Source: Lepidodermella squamata (taxonomy: Eukaryota > Animalia > Gastrotricha). From it: a stretch of 64,000 nucleotides of DNA. The stretch is taken from contig JBLDXI010000023.1 in the NCBI GenBank assembly GCA_047495785.1, positions 620,001 through 684,000 on the forward strand, written 5' to 3'. Position 1 is the first letter of the stretch. Each line of letters begins with the position of its first letter. The notes under the pieces were generated by a model that was given only the letters and a program-made list of their open reading frames with translations, was not told the DNA's origin and made no database searches. Positions 11,788-24,100 of this stretch are shown here, one piece after another. Position numbers and translations under genes: made by a program.

Positions 11788-14435
11788 TCACTTTACGCGA
11801 GACGGAGCTCGATGAGGCAGCGGTACTGTGTAAACATCAGCACTGTGGTTCCGCGACAACGGCCGTTTGCCAGCCGATTTCACTATCATCGCAGGCTTCG
11901 GCGAGCCACCAATCAGCGACTTCCTGGAATCGGCCAGGCTGGCCAGGGACGGGGAAGATTTGCGGCGGCCTGCTCCGTCAATAATGCTGGAAAACCCATC
12001 TTGACCCACCGCAGATTCGCTATCAATCGGCTGATCAGGCACCTCTTGGGTTGGCGGCATTTCCCCATTCCGAATCGCGTGCTCCGTTATGAGGCGTTCG
12101 ATTTCTGTATGCTTAGCTTTTTGGGCATCGCTTAAGGGAGTGTTTCCCCACCGGTCAAGGGGCAGTGCTTTGACGTGGCATTTTTGCAACAGGAATCGAA
12201 CGACCTCAATGTGACCCTCGGCTGCGGCTAAGTGCAACGCGGTTCGGCCATCATAGCCCCTGCCGTCCATTTTGCAGCCGTCCCAAGCATGGCGAGTCAC
12301 AGACATGATGTCACCAATCGCTAATTTTGAAAGATAAGATTAGCCATAAATTCTCAACTTAACAATTCTTCAAATCAAAATTTGGAAATAATTCTGGAAT
12401 TGCATGAATATTTCCAATTTTACTAAATAAATGGATTCCAAGCTTGGTAAAATCTTACAAGCACTGTGAATGAGGTCGAGAACTTCGTTGATAGCTTTAT
12501 GAGATCGTTTCTGCCTTGGATCTCGCTTTTGCATCACCCGTCGCATGCTGTCCAAGTGGTGAAGGTGGAACTCCTTGAGGAGTAGCTCGCAGAACTGAAC
12601 CCCTCGTTGGCTGTTGCCTAGCGTATCAAGCCGTGGCGAGTAGATGCAGATGCCAGCAACATTCGGAATCACAAGCAAAAGAGCTTTAAAGGAATACGAT
12701 TGTAAAATAAGATTCAAGACTTAAAATACTACTTACCACCAGATACGCCAGATTTAGCGGGCAGACCAACTCTCAGAGCGAAATGCCCTGAGTACGTGTA
12801 GAGACCTATAAGTAAACAAGCAATAGTCCAAGTTTGTCCGTATTGCATTTGATGACAATCCTTACCACACGTTTGCATTTGGCTTAAGGTATGGCAGATG
12901 TGGCTTTCCTCAAAAACTAGAACAAAAGAGGTTAGTAATAGATTGGCGCTATTGATTTAAAGCTTACTCGTATCATTTGTGATAGGACAGACTCCACCGT
13001 TCGCCAGAGTAGCTGCTATCACACTACCAGAGTCGCAGTTAATCTCAATAGAACATTGCTATAACGAGCCAATATTAGCTTAGCATCTCAAATTAAGGAA
13101 AAATTCTTACTTCGAAGTAAAAGTCCAGAACATCTTGAACTTTCGCCTCTTTTGGGAAGCATTTATTCTCTCGAAGGTAGTACGCTAAAGCCATGTTTCG
13201 ATCGGCCGTTTCTTTCTCGGATTGATACACTGCGCTGTTGAACCCAACGAATTCTCCTCCACTCATTCGCCTGAGGTACTTGTTGACCTAAAACAATCCG
13301 GGATTTCTAAAAAGCCTGACGATAGAACTTCTAAACTTACGAATTGTAACCGTTCAGTAAGATTCAGTTCAGGTTTGAGCAATGAAGAAATTACTAGGGC
13401 GCCAGCGTTAACCATCGGATTGTGAGGCCTGCCGTGTTGATCTAACGCCAACGCGTTGAAGTGAAGACCGCTTTGCTCCGCCCCGACGAATTGGTGCACA
13501 ACATCGTGGCCGAGCTCTTGCATGGCAATGGCGTAAGCAAGAGGCTTCACGCAACTCTGAAGGCAAAAGGCGACGTCTGAATCGCCGACCGAGAACCGCT
13601 GGCCGTCGACTGTACACACGGAGACGGCCCACAGGTCTGGGTTGACCTTAGCGAGTTGCGGGATGTAGTTGACCACTTCGCCTTCGTTATTGCCGCGGCA
13701 TTCGTGGTACAGCGCCTCGACAACCGTGGCGAATTCACGGAATTGAGGTATGATGAAATCACGTTTGATAGCTCTTTCGACTAGGTGAGAACTCTCCGCT
13801 ACAACCCTGCAAAAAGATAGCAACGATTTTTTAATGTTGTCTTTTAAATTCTCGGAAAATCCCTAAAAATATAGCAAAGATGAAAGATGAATGATGAAAC
13901 TAGAACATTGGGATCTCAATTTAAACTGGAAGGAAAATGGTTACTTTTTGAAGGTTTGCAGGTCGAGATCTGACGAAAGGCTATCGTCTGACGTACTGGA
14001 CCCCGGCATGAGTTCTTTGATGGCGTCCTCCAGCCGGGGATCCGTCCACCGGATTCCAGCCTCTGAGACCCGTAGCAGCATATCCGATTTCTTGATGTGC
14101 CCATTCTCGTCCGCAATTAATTTGAATAGCTCATCGAGTGACATGACGCTTTCAGGCGCGTGGTGATGCTTCCGCAGCTTCTCAGCGTACAAGGATTGAT
14201 TTCCAACAGTGAGCAAACGATTCCGCATCTGAGGCGTCCAATCCTTGTGGCCCTGTTTAGGGCTTTTCGTTAGCATGTCATAATGGTGCTTCCAATGGTC
14301 TCCGTCCTTTGGCGCGAATGGGTCGACTTTTGGCACTTGAAGACCATTCGGGCGCTTTGTATAGGTTTTCTGGGGGAAAGAATCTGATATCTGCATATCG
14401 TCATTCTTGCCCTGTTTACATTGATTTGCTCCCAT
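11788..14435 (-). CDS. gls: Glutaminase with C-terminal ankyrin repeats; exons 14435-13945, 13806-13341, 13287-13111, 13058-12968, 12916-12866, 12805-12737, 12683-12459, 12320-11788
   Basis: YIPQLAKV, catalytic [60 protein letters not shown]; all junctions GT-AG and in frame. Confidence 0.96.
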
Positions 14436-16201
14436 TTTCGATTAAGAAAAATGGGTAGTCAAATCAAGAATAAATATATAAGAATTAAGCTTTTTTCAGT
14501 ATCACAGCCTATAACAATAATGGAATAAAATCAGATTTCAAGACAGAAACATGGAGGCATCTCGTTCAAATTTGGGAATGCTCTCATACACCAGTTGCTA
14601 CAGGAAGAAGTTTTAGGTATGGCGTATTTTTTCTGAGAGGCGGCTTGTTTTTTCTCCACCTGAGGCGCGTTGAATGCGTGATCATGTTTATCCAAGGCTG
14701 CGTTGCGTGCGAACAGAGGTGCGCGCTGTTTAACAATTAATCAAAGCGCGGTGATCGCTATAGGCGATGCGGAAATCTGTGCAAATACGAGCCAAGTGGG
14801 CCTCCTCGCCATTAATTAAAAGAAAATGCCGCTCGATTGATTTTTCTAGAGTATCACTCAAACATAGAAATATGTATGTCTAAGAATTTTGTCCATCCAT
14901 GGTCTAATAATTCGCTAAAATTTGTTCTCCGTTTTTGGATGGTTTGCAAAATAATTAGGTGAAGCATTTTGCGTGGTTAAATTGGCTGTAACTGGGTCTC
15001 GTCAACAGGGCGCTTAGTTACGGCCAAAATTGGTCAATATCGCAAAAACTGGGGTACAGGATAGGACAAATCAAGAAGAGCCCCACTGATAACACGATGT
15101 GCTCGAGTCTCAGGGAAATCCGCCTAAAGTTTTCGGTTTGACGAAAGATTATCAACAGACCAATAACTGAAACGAAGGCATAAGAGTAACGGTAAAGAAG
15201 AAGAATACAGTCTGAAATGGCGATAGAGTTCTTCAACATGACATCATATAGCAAACGACAAGAGGAGCTTCGCAAGTACATCTGCTAGCCACGGGGTTAT
15301 TGGCGAATGTCTGGATAGATATGCAAATCCCAACATTAAGAGAATCAAGAACTAACTGGCCAAATCTCGAGAGGTGATAACTTGGTTGCTTGGCGGCAGA
15401 TTCGATCGGGGTCTTAGAAGAGCGTCTGCCACGCGCTAGCCTTAAAATTCGGCTTTTTGCTCAAATTTTGCCAAAATTGGAATTATCAAGTTCAGCTTCC
15501 ATTTTAAACTCCAAAATATGTAGTTATTTTAAAATTCATCAAAAAATAACTGAGGCTAGCGGCTAGCTTATATTTAATTTAAAACAAAACGACATTTTAT
15601 GAATCGAGTTACGAATTGAAAAAAACGTTGGTCGGCAAATCGGGGGCAAAAATCGCGTTCCATGCCCTTCGGCAGATATGAATGAGATCGTGTAAACGAA
15701 GCGGAGGTGTCGTTGGCTTGTGCAAACTCATTTACCAGTCACTGATTGCCGACGGCTCCTCTGCGTCAGAGTTCAATCGGGTTCGCTCAAATATTTATTA
15801 TAAAATTAATGGTGTATCCCGTCGCCCCGGCGACCGACTAACTGTGATATGCATCTGCAAAAAATACTGATTCGATGAATAATTGAAAGGTTCTACCGAA
15901 TCATAGCTGGTGCGTCCTGCGTTGTTAGGCAACAAATTTAATCATGAGCGGATTGATGAGACGATGATCTCAACCCATTTATTATTCAGCAGCTTTGTTT
16001 ATAAAACGGTCATTCAGTTTCGAACCGCTATTGGGAATACTCACGTGAGATGGCGCTTCCAAAATAAACCGCAAGTGGGAATTATTCAATGAGAGCTGTT
16101 ATGTCGATATTAGACGGATGTTTTACCCTAGGCCGATACATTTCTTATAGCTACCATAAAATAAGACAGAGTATAATGCAATGATAAGAAGTAAACATTT
16201 T

Positions 16202-19200
16202 TCAGTAGTCATAATCCGGAGTTGTGTATGGCTCGTTGAATGGCTCCGGGGTCGATAACGTCACGTAGTTTGGCACAGGTCTGGACGTTACGCCCCTCAG
16301 CGTCACCAAAGCGATCGCAGCATTCTTATTTCCGTAGAGCAACGCCAGATCCAACGGAGTTAAGCCATCGTCGCTTCTCGCATTGATATCCGCTCCAGCT
16401 TCGAACATCGAAGCAATGTTGTAAGGCTCAGCTTGACTCACTTGCAAAGCTAAAGCAGTGTCGCCATATCGTAGTTTTCGATTGATGTCGTATCCTTTTG
16501 ACACGAGAAATTTTGCGAAATCGCCCAATACGTTGAATTGATTAACAAGGGCCAGACACGTTACATTTTCGTAATTCTGCAATATAACCGGAAATTATGA
16601 CTGCAATTAGAATTTTGCAAGAAAAACCGACGATGAGAGGAAGTTGAGGGCGCAAAGTTGAGAAAACGGGAAATTTCAACTATAATCGTTTTGCTTTAAG
16701 CCGGTTAAGCGACATACGACATACATTAGGTCGGCCTAATGTAGTCAGCTTTAATGTGAGCCGGAATGGTCCGGTTGAAATGTTGAACTTTTCTGCGTAA
16801 AATGTATTCAAGAGCAATAACACTACACAGAATAATTCGAAACAGGAGCCTTAGGTTTGGGTTTTAGGTTACGTAATATCATTAGCGTCGTATTAGTTCC
16901 TACAGCAGCCCGGGCTATCAAAATTTCAATATAATATCAAAATTTTAAACAATTAATTTGTGCTGAATATTTCATCTTTAAGGTTTCGATCTGACTTGAA
17001 AACTAAACCCCGGGCTTCAATTTGGAATGGGAGATTATTAGTGATAAGGCCACTAGTGGAAAAAATCAGGTAGCTCGAATGAATCGTCATGCTGGGGTGA
17101 AATGCATGTAGCCTTCTGGTCTTCTTCTGTCTTCATCTTCTTCATTAGCGTGAAAGCGTTATGTTTTCTTAATCGCCAATAACGACCCTCGAACTGGCGT
17201 GATAAGAAGATGAACTTATAATTCTCCAAATTATAACTTAGCCAAATGCCTGAAAGCTAAATACCGTATTTGTTCCCATAGTAGCCCATTCAGTACTAAT
17301 CGCCCATTCCTAATAGTAGTCCAGGGTTGAGGGGTCAAGTCGGTTCGAAAACATCAAAAATGAACGATTCACCAAAAATTATTTTTTGAACTTTTCAAAA
17401 TTTCGAGGGTGTAATTTTAGTAGCCCGGGCTGCTATTGGAACAAATACAGTAATCCATCTGGAGCGTTATTTTTAGCGCCAACCATGGTAGCAGTTTGCA
17501 AAAACCTTGATACACTTCTCTCATATTGGAAAAGTTACATGTTTTGGAAGCTGTGAAAATATACCTGTGAATTGACATCGAATCCGTGTTGAGTGATCAA
17601 CAGTTTGGCAAGTGTGAACGGCGAGGGTTGGGTAATGCAAGCTAGCAAAAACGCGTTGTTGCCACGCAGGTCAACCGCATTTTTGTCAGCACCACGCTGC
17701 AGCAAATAATTTGCAATTTCGCCATGCTTTTTGTACGCAGCCAACAAAAGCGGCGTTAAGCCGTTAGATTCACGCGCTTCCAAGCTCATGTTCATTTTTT
17801 CCACACAAAACTTCAGCAAATTAAAGTAACGCTTTTCCACTGCTACATGCAGTAGGTTGTAGCCCATTGAAAACCAGTCATTCGATGGAACGGTAGGATC
17901 GGCTCCTTTCGACCATAAATACTCGATAACTTGCATGCGATCTGGCGATTTCAGCCACTCTGCTGCATATGTTAACGGCGTTCGCCCCGATGAGCGCTCG
18001 CCACGGAATTGTTAGCCTCTTCCACAGCAAATTTGACAAACGGCAGTGCATTCGGAATAATATATTGGATTTCGGGTATTGGATATTGGATTTTACAAGC
18101 CTCAAATAATAAACCCTCTTTATCCTTCACAGCTCCATGCGCAATGAGAAATTTAACGTGTTCCAGCGATATTCGTGCGGCTCTCAGCAACTCAGTTGAT
18201 CCGGAAGTTGTTCTGAAATCAATATCAGCCCCATGGTCGATAAGAAGTTTCGCCATGTCCAGCCTGCCTTTGTCCAAAGCCATCATCAATGGCGTGAGAC
18301 CTGTTCTTGGGTGAATTGCGTCTGGATCGCCGTTGTTTTCAAGCAGCAACTTCAGCATGTCGATTGATTCATTTTCGGCTTTAACAGCTTCGGCTACGGC
18401 TGAAATGAGGACGTAGTAATAATCTTCTCGCTCCAAGCGGAAAGCATCTCCCGCAGCTAGTTTTTGGTCGATCATTCGCTTTACAGCACTCAAGTTTCCA
18501 GCTGTGATATAGCCAAGGAATTCCTAGGGAAAGTTTAAAAAAATGGGAATACATCGAAAGGTTCCAATATCACTTACGGAGTCAAGTTTTTCTTGCTTTG
18601 ATTGGTTAAGCGATGGCTGGGGTTGTAGCGTAACGCCAATTGCTGGCATTGCGTACAGCGTGAAATTCCACTGCTGGGTAGGATTTATTGTTTGACGAGG
18701 TATCGACGTTGCCCTGTGAATCCCTTGCCTAGAAGCGCCGCCCCGTCTTCGCAAATACGCCGCAATATCACGTGAGTTTGTAGACTCACCGGCAATATCA
18801 ATAGCTGTTCTGCCGTCGTAAGTTGTAGCGTTGAGATCGGCGCCATTTTCCAGCAGCAAATTGATCAATCTTGGCCGATCAGGGCGTGACCAAACGGCTA
18901 ACATGAGAGGCGTGAAGCCAGGACTTCCCGACTGGCTGTTGACGTCATATCCTTTCTTCAATAGGTATGTCATGATAGGAAGGAAACCCGGATCATGTAT
19001 AACCCCCCACGTGCGATTGATAAGGTAATCGAAACATCTCGCCCTATTTAGACTTTGAGAATTTATGTCTGCGCCAGCCTGTTCAACGGCGATTTCGATA
19101 AATGGAAGCGGGTTTGGGCCTGGCTTGTCGGGTATGACGATTTGGCAGGCAGCGAGTAGTATGTTTTCATTTAGGTTGTTTGTTGCGTTGGTATCTGCGC

Positions 19201-20638
19201 CTTTTTCGATGAGGTATCGAACCAAAGCAGTTGAGAGGCCGGTATTCGTAGCGAACAGCAGCGGCGTGTTGCCATCCTTGTCGCGAGCGTTGATGTCCAG
19301 CCGGTTGCCCTTGGATTCCACCAGCAACTTGACGAATGGAATCGGATCTGTTCAAAATTATTCATAATGAGCCCATTGGCGAAATTCAATCATGGCATAG
19401 AAGCAAATCAGGGGGTCCGAGGGCAAAACACAGTCGTAGTTTATAACTTTAACCTAGAAATTGTCCATAGCGTCAATGAATAACTCATGAGGGTTCTTAC
19501 ATGCGTCATAGCTGAGAACAATATTGACGCAAAAGTATCAACCAGCTTAAACCGGTTTTTCAACGATTAGTACCTAGCTCACGCTGCGTGAATACTTTTA
19601 CTTCAGCTTGGATTTTCCCCAAACCGAAAATGTTGGGAAACATTAGGCAAGAGATTTCCACTTAAATTAAGAAGGCAAGCCTGAACTGTACTAGAATATA
19701 AATTAACTGATACTCTACGATTTTCGGTTTCAATTTTTTATGGCTGACTAGTTAAGGAGTCTTTCCTATTACCCGGCTATTAAAGTTCACGAAACACTTT
19801 CAATTACAACGTCCAGTGGGAACTACAATAGCTGAAGGTTTAAGCCGTTGGGCTGGAAACTGAGCGAGATTGAGCGTTATAATTGCATATCTAGATATGG
19901 TAATTTTCTATACCTGTCGAAAAAATCGTACTGGCATGATGGAGAGCAGTTTTACCAAGCACATTCCTGGCGCTGAGATCGACGAGAGGCAACAAGTATC
20001 GCATAAGATTCAAATACTCAGGCGTAATATCACTGCCAAGGAACATTGTCACAAGAGCTGTATTGCCATAAGCATCTCGAGCAGTCGCGTTTGCTTTGAA
20101 TTTTTCAACGAGCAGTTTCGCTATATCAAGCCGACCCACGTAGGCCGCCCATAGAAGAGCAGTACGATTCGAGAAGCTATCTCCAGCATCATCGACTTTT
20201 GCACCCTTTTCTAGCAGGAGCGAAACCATGTCGTAGCTTGCATTTGAGCTCACGGCTTTGAGGAGGGCTGTAGTTTTATCCCCGTCATCAGCTGGCACTC
20301 TGGCGTTGATATCGACTATTCCTCTTGCGAGCAAGCGGCGAACAGTCGATAAATGCCCGTTTCCGACCACGCGAACAAAAGCCTGATTTTGCGGAGTAGA
20401 AAAAGTATTTTACTCGGTTGTTGGAAACTGATGGTCGGGTTTAAACAAATTTAGAGTTCCCACGTAGTTGTAGCCCTTTTTCAACCAAAGGGCTACAACC
20501 AAAAGTCAACCAAAAAAACCAGCTCTATGGGTAAAATCAAGAAGTGAAAAGATGTTGTCATACGCTGTTGATGTGATCCGAGCAAGCTGATCCAGCAACT
20601 AAGCAGAAGAAAGCCAGCGCAACTAGAAACTTCGCCAT
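16202..20638 (-). CDS. Signal-peptide-bearing ankyrin-repeat protein, copy B, with a 4-bp frameshift near 17990 (possible pseudogene); exons 20638-20564, 20382-19914, 19347-18578, 18523-17565, 16576-16202, candidate microexon 19511-19501
   Basis: Exon 1 MAKFLVALAFFCLVAGSACSDHINS splices in phase 0 to an ANK exon; remaining exons are colinear with copy A. Confidence 0.8.
17264..17450. mobile_element. Tc1/mariner-pogo-type MITE with TA target duplication
   Basis: ta|ccgtatttgttcccatagtagccc ... gggctgctattggaacaaatacag|ta; a related end remnant lies near 16889-16918. Confidence 0.75.
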
Positions 20639-21030
20639 TTCATAAGTTGAATTTGGAAGCAAGTGAAACATCAAGCAGCACTGTAAGTACTTGGCCAGTG
20701 ATGCCACGTATGTGGCAAAAAGAAAGAAATCCCTTGAAGGAATCTCTGCATGCTTGTGTTAGCCAAGAATGCATCGGCGTCACGTGCTTACACATAAAAA
20801 ACACGACATTAGCCGCGTTTAAAATGGCTTTTATCTGTCGGTTTTTTTCTGCCGTGGGTGGCTAAGGGAGTCTATATTACGTTACTTTGACACAGAGCGG
20901 AAAGAAACCGCGGTTAAAAACCAACGAAAGCATCTAAAACAAAAGAAGCAAAAGAAGAAATTCTCAAAATTTGAAAAAATTTGAAAAAATTGAAAAAATT
21001 GCCGTAAGTAGCCTAAATCAAAGGTCGACA

Positions 21031-21208
21031 TCGTTAGCGGCGCGCCAAAACAACCACTTAGATGATTCATTCGATCGTACTTAAAGTCGCCGAACGTAAT
21101 GATGAAGTACGATAGGCCATTTGAGCACTGATTTTTTCTACTCTCGATCGTACTATGCATATAAAATCTATAAATAGTAAAGTGGTTGTTTTGGCGCGCC
21201 GCTAACGA
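21031..21208. repeat. Perfect 29-bp inverted repeat around a 120-bp spacer
   Basis: tcgttagcggcgcgccaaaacaaccactt (21031-21059) and its exact reverse complement (21180-21208). Confidence 0.85.
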
Positions 21209-21631
21209 CATGATTCGCCGGCACGACCAGCAGCTAAACAACAGCACAGGTATATGTGGCAATTGGCGGGGTTGCGGCGCGCTGACGAAAATCGCTGCGA
21301 AGCCGCGACAGGTATGGGCAATTTTTTGCAAAAAGGCTAACAGTATTCAGATAAAACCATAAACTAAGTAATATTGATGTGTTATTTTGCGCGCTGCCTG
21401 GCTGCCTTTTATTTCCGAGCAAGCATTGTGAGAAAGAGCTCAGTATTGAGCAACAATCGCGAGCTGATTGTTGTTACGCAACAGTGTGTGGCGCAACACT
21501 AAACCGCCACCTAAAAGCTGGTCACCCCGAATAATTATTATTTACCACAAAACATTTAAAAAATGACTGTAAATATAGCTATCGGCGCCCGGCATGAGTA
21601 AACTCAATTGGCAACTGACTTTACACACAAC

Positions 21632-22464
21632 CATAGATAAATAAATACAGTAGATCTGACACGCTAGTACATTTATGTGTGCCGAGATGACTCATCACGA
21701 TTTTTTGCTTTTTGGGTCGCGTGCCTGAAGAAATCACTTGATGAGGGTAATAATCTGTGTACGGCAAAAAGTGAGCAGCTATCAACTGAAAAAGGCTGCC
21801 TATTTTGAAATTGAAAAAACTCAAAGAGCGTCATAACCGATTTGCCTGATTTTTTGGCTGCTAACAGAGGAAGCTCTCGTCTACATGGTAGTATAAATTT
21901 TACGGGCGGCAACCTTTCCACTGATTGTTTGTGAATTTTCGAAAATACCTACTTTTACCATGTTTTTTATGCAATTTATGTCGAGGTCCCAGTGATGAAT
22001 CATTACTAAAAAGAGGTAAAATATTCTAAAATTACCATAAAAATTCCAGAAGTGATTGACCAAATGTGTATGCGATAATTTGGGGATAGAAACTATTTAG
22101 AATATTATGGAAACAAAAATAAATTATTTTGTTTGGGTTTTACTAGTCAAATTACCGCGAATTTTCCCTCCAAGCTGGTCAACTTGCCGGCTCTATAAAT
22201 TATATCAAAATAAAGCTGATCATCATTCCTGTCTCCATGAATTTTTTCAGGCAAATCGGTTATGACGCTCTTTGAGTTTTTTCAATTTCAAAATAGGCAG
22301 CCTTTTTCAGTTGATAGCTGCTCACTTTTTGCCGTACACAGATTATTACCCTCATCAAGTGATTTCTTCAGGCACGCGACCCAAAAAGCAAAAAATCGTG
22401 ATGAGTCATCTCGGCACACATAAATGTACTAGCGTGTCAGATCTACTGTATTTATTGATCTATG
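21632..22464. mobile_element. Non-autonomous P-element-like foldback transposon with 218-bp terminal inverted repeats
   Basis: TIRs 21632-21849 and 22247-22464 nearly identical; CATAG...CTATG termini; 8-bp flanks cacacaac and cacacagc. Confidence 0.85.
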
Positions 22465-23076
22465 CACACAGCGGAGTCTAACCATTCACTCAAAACCGGC
22501 CGTCCGGGCGGCCGCCATGTGTTTATACAAAAAACTGATTGAGTATACACACAAATCATCCGACCACCTGACGCGCGCACTCACCTGTGTTACGCAATCA
22601 ACGCGCCGACTTTGCGGTTTTCGGAATCGGGGAGCCCTGATGGCCAACTACAAAATTGCCAAGCGGCTAGGCCGGCAAAAATCGGGAAGTATGAAAATTC
22701 AAGGTGAATAGCGCCAGTTTGAGTATACACGTTTTCGGCATTAGAGGGTTAAAATCAAATACTCCATCTCATGTACGTGGGCTTGAAATTACAGGCCGAG
22801 TTATTTCAATGGATTTTTACACCCTAACCCATCCTTAACCCATAAACCAGAAGAAAGTATCATCATCGTCAAATTACCATGTTTGTTGCGTGTTTATTGT
22901 AGCCCCTTAATTAGACGTCGAATATTTTAAAAGATTTATCGAGATTTATCGAAAAATTGTATGGAACTCGCTGGGCCCTGAGTCTATTCAATCGTATTTG
23001 CCCGCGTTCGATTCCAGGCTAATTTTAATAACATATAATATATTTTTGGATTTTTATTCCTGAAGCCTTTTCAGTT

Positions 23077-23484
23077 TTATTGTAATTTCGCATAAATTAT
23101 GCAAACTATCGTAATAATCATGGATAAAGCAAATGAAGGTCGAAAATAGTCAGCAGCCTTCGACATGCAAACCAGCAGTTGGCGATCACAGATCAAATTG
23201 CCGACACATTCGTAAGAAGTCGTGCATTTTTCAAGGAAATACTTGCACGTGCTGTTGTTTGGGCAGGGCGGCGGGTCTATCGAACATTGGTTCCAGCCCA
23301 TGTAATACGCTCGCCACGGCGGGCACAGGCAGACCCCGTCGATGCACCTCAAATCAAGCTTGCACTGGCTCGGATTGCATGCAGAGCCAATGTTATCGTA
23401 AACTCCGGCTTCGATAGCTTCGATGCCAGAAAAACTGATCGCAAAAATCGATAATCGAAGCAAATTATCAAATATCTGTGGCAT
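23077..23484 (-). CDS. Small Cys-rich, probably GPI-anchored protein (EB-module-like)
   Basis: Signal peptide, GSACNPSQC...CIDGVCLC, second Cys module, hydrophobic C-terminus, AATAAA shortly after the stop. Confidence 0.8.
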   Translation of the reverse strand: MPQIFDNLLRLSIFAISFSGIEAIEAGVYDNIGSACNPSQCKLDLRCIDGVCLCPPWRAYYMGWNQCSIDPPPCPNNSTCKYFLEKCTTSYECVGNLICDRQLLVCMSKAADYFRPSFALSMIITIVCIIYAKLQ

Positions 23485-23515
23485 AACCTAAAAAATGCAA
23501 GAAAATTAGGTAAAA

Positions 23516-24100
23516 TTAAGGCTTTTTAGCAAAATTTAATAGGACCAAAAGCAGAATTAAAATGTTTGTTGAGACATTTTTTGAACTTTTTGAAATGCAA
23601 ACATTTCTGGTGCAACTCAGCCCTGAAATGCACATGGCACTCGTGTAGCAAGACTGGCCATATTTGCGGCAAGCATTGCAATTCGAATAGGACTGACCAG
23701 CCGTGTTCAAGTCCGAACTTTCAGAGCCTTTAACGCAAGTGTAGTTATTTTTCGACGAAAAAGAGTAGCCAGTGTAGCATAGGCAGTATTTCACGTTGGA
23801 GTTGGCGGTTTTAGCCAGGCATTGAGTTTCCCCCAAGCAATTCGATGTGAAATTGCAGAGGCCATTGCCCAACTGGCAGTAGATGCAGTCGAGGTACTCG
23901 CCAGACCAGCAGATGTTATTGCCGTAGTAGATTCCCGAACAAGTGCAAACTCCTGAGGTGCAAGTCACAGTCCCTCGGTTGCCAGTTCCAGTGCCTTGGG
24001 CGCAATCTGAAACTGAGGTACAAGCCTCGCCAACAAACGAAATCTCCGTGGAGAAAGGCAGGAGAATTGCGAATAGAACAAGTTCAAATAAAGTTGCCAT
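23516..24100 (-). CDS. Cys-rich, probably GPI-anchored protein with three EB-like modules
   Basis: MATLFELVLFAILLPFS signal, GEACTSVSDC...CTSGVCTC, YGQSCYTSAMCISGLSC, hydrophobic tail ILILLLVLL. Confidence 0.8.
   Translation of the reverse strand: MATLFELVLFAILLPFSTEISFVGEACTSVSDCAQGTGTGNRGTVTCTSGVCTCSGIYYGNNICWSGEYLDCIYCQLGNGLCNFTSNCLGETQCLAKTANSNVKYCLCYTGYSFSSKNNYTCVKGSESSDLNTAGQSYSNCNACRKYGQSCYTSAMCISGLSCTRNVCISKSSKNVSTNILILLLVLLNFAKKP

Noticed and set aside
15018-15281. 87-aa hydrophobic ORF
   Set aside because: No domain signature or gene structure; may be decayed repeat sequence
21621-22481. Two near-identical 67-69 aa ORFs on opposite strands
   Set aside because: They are the two arms of the foldback transposon, not genes
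22480-22752. piggyBac-like element ending gagggttaa
   Set aside because: Left end matches poorly; TIR pair not convincing
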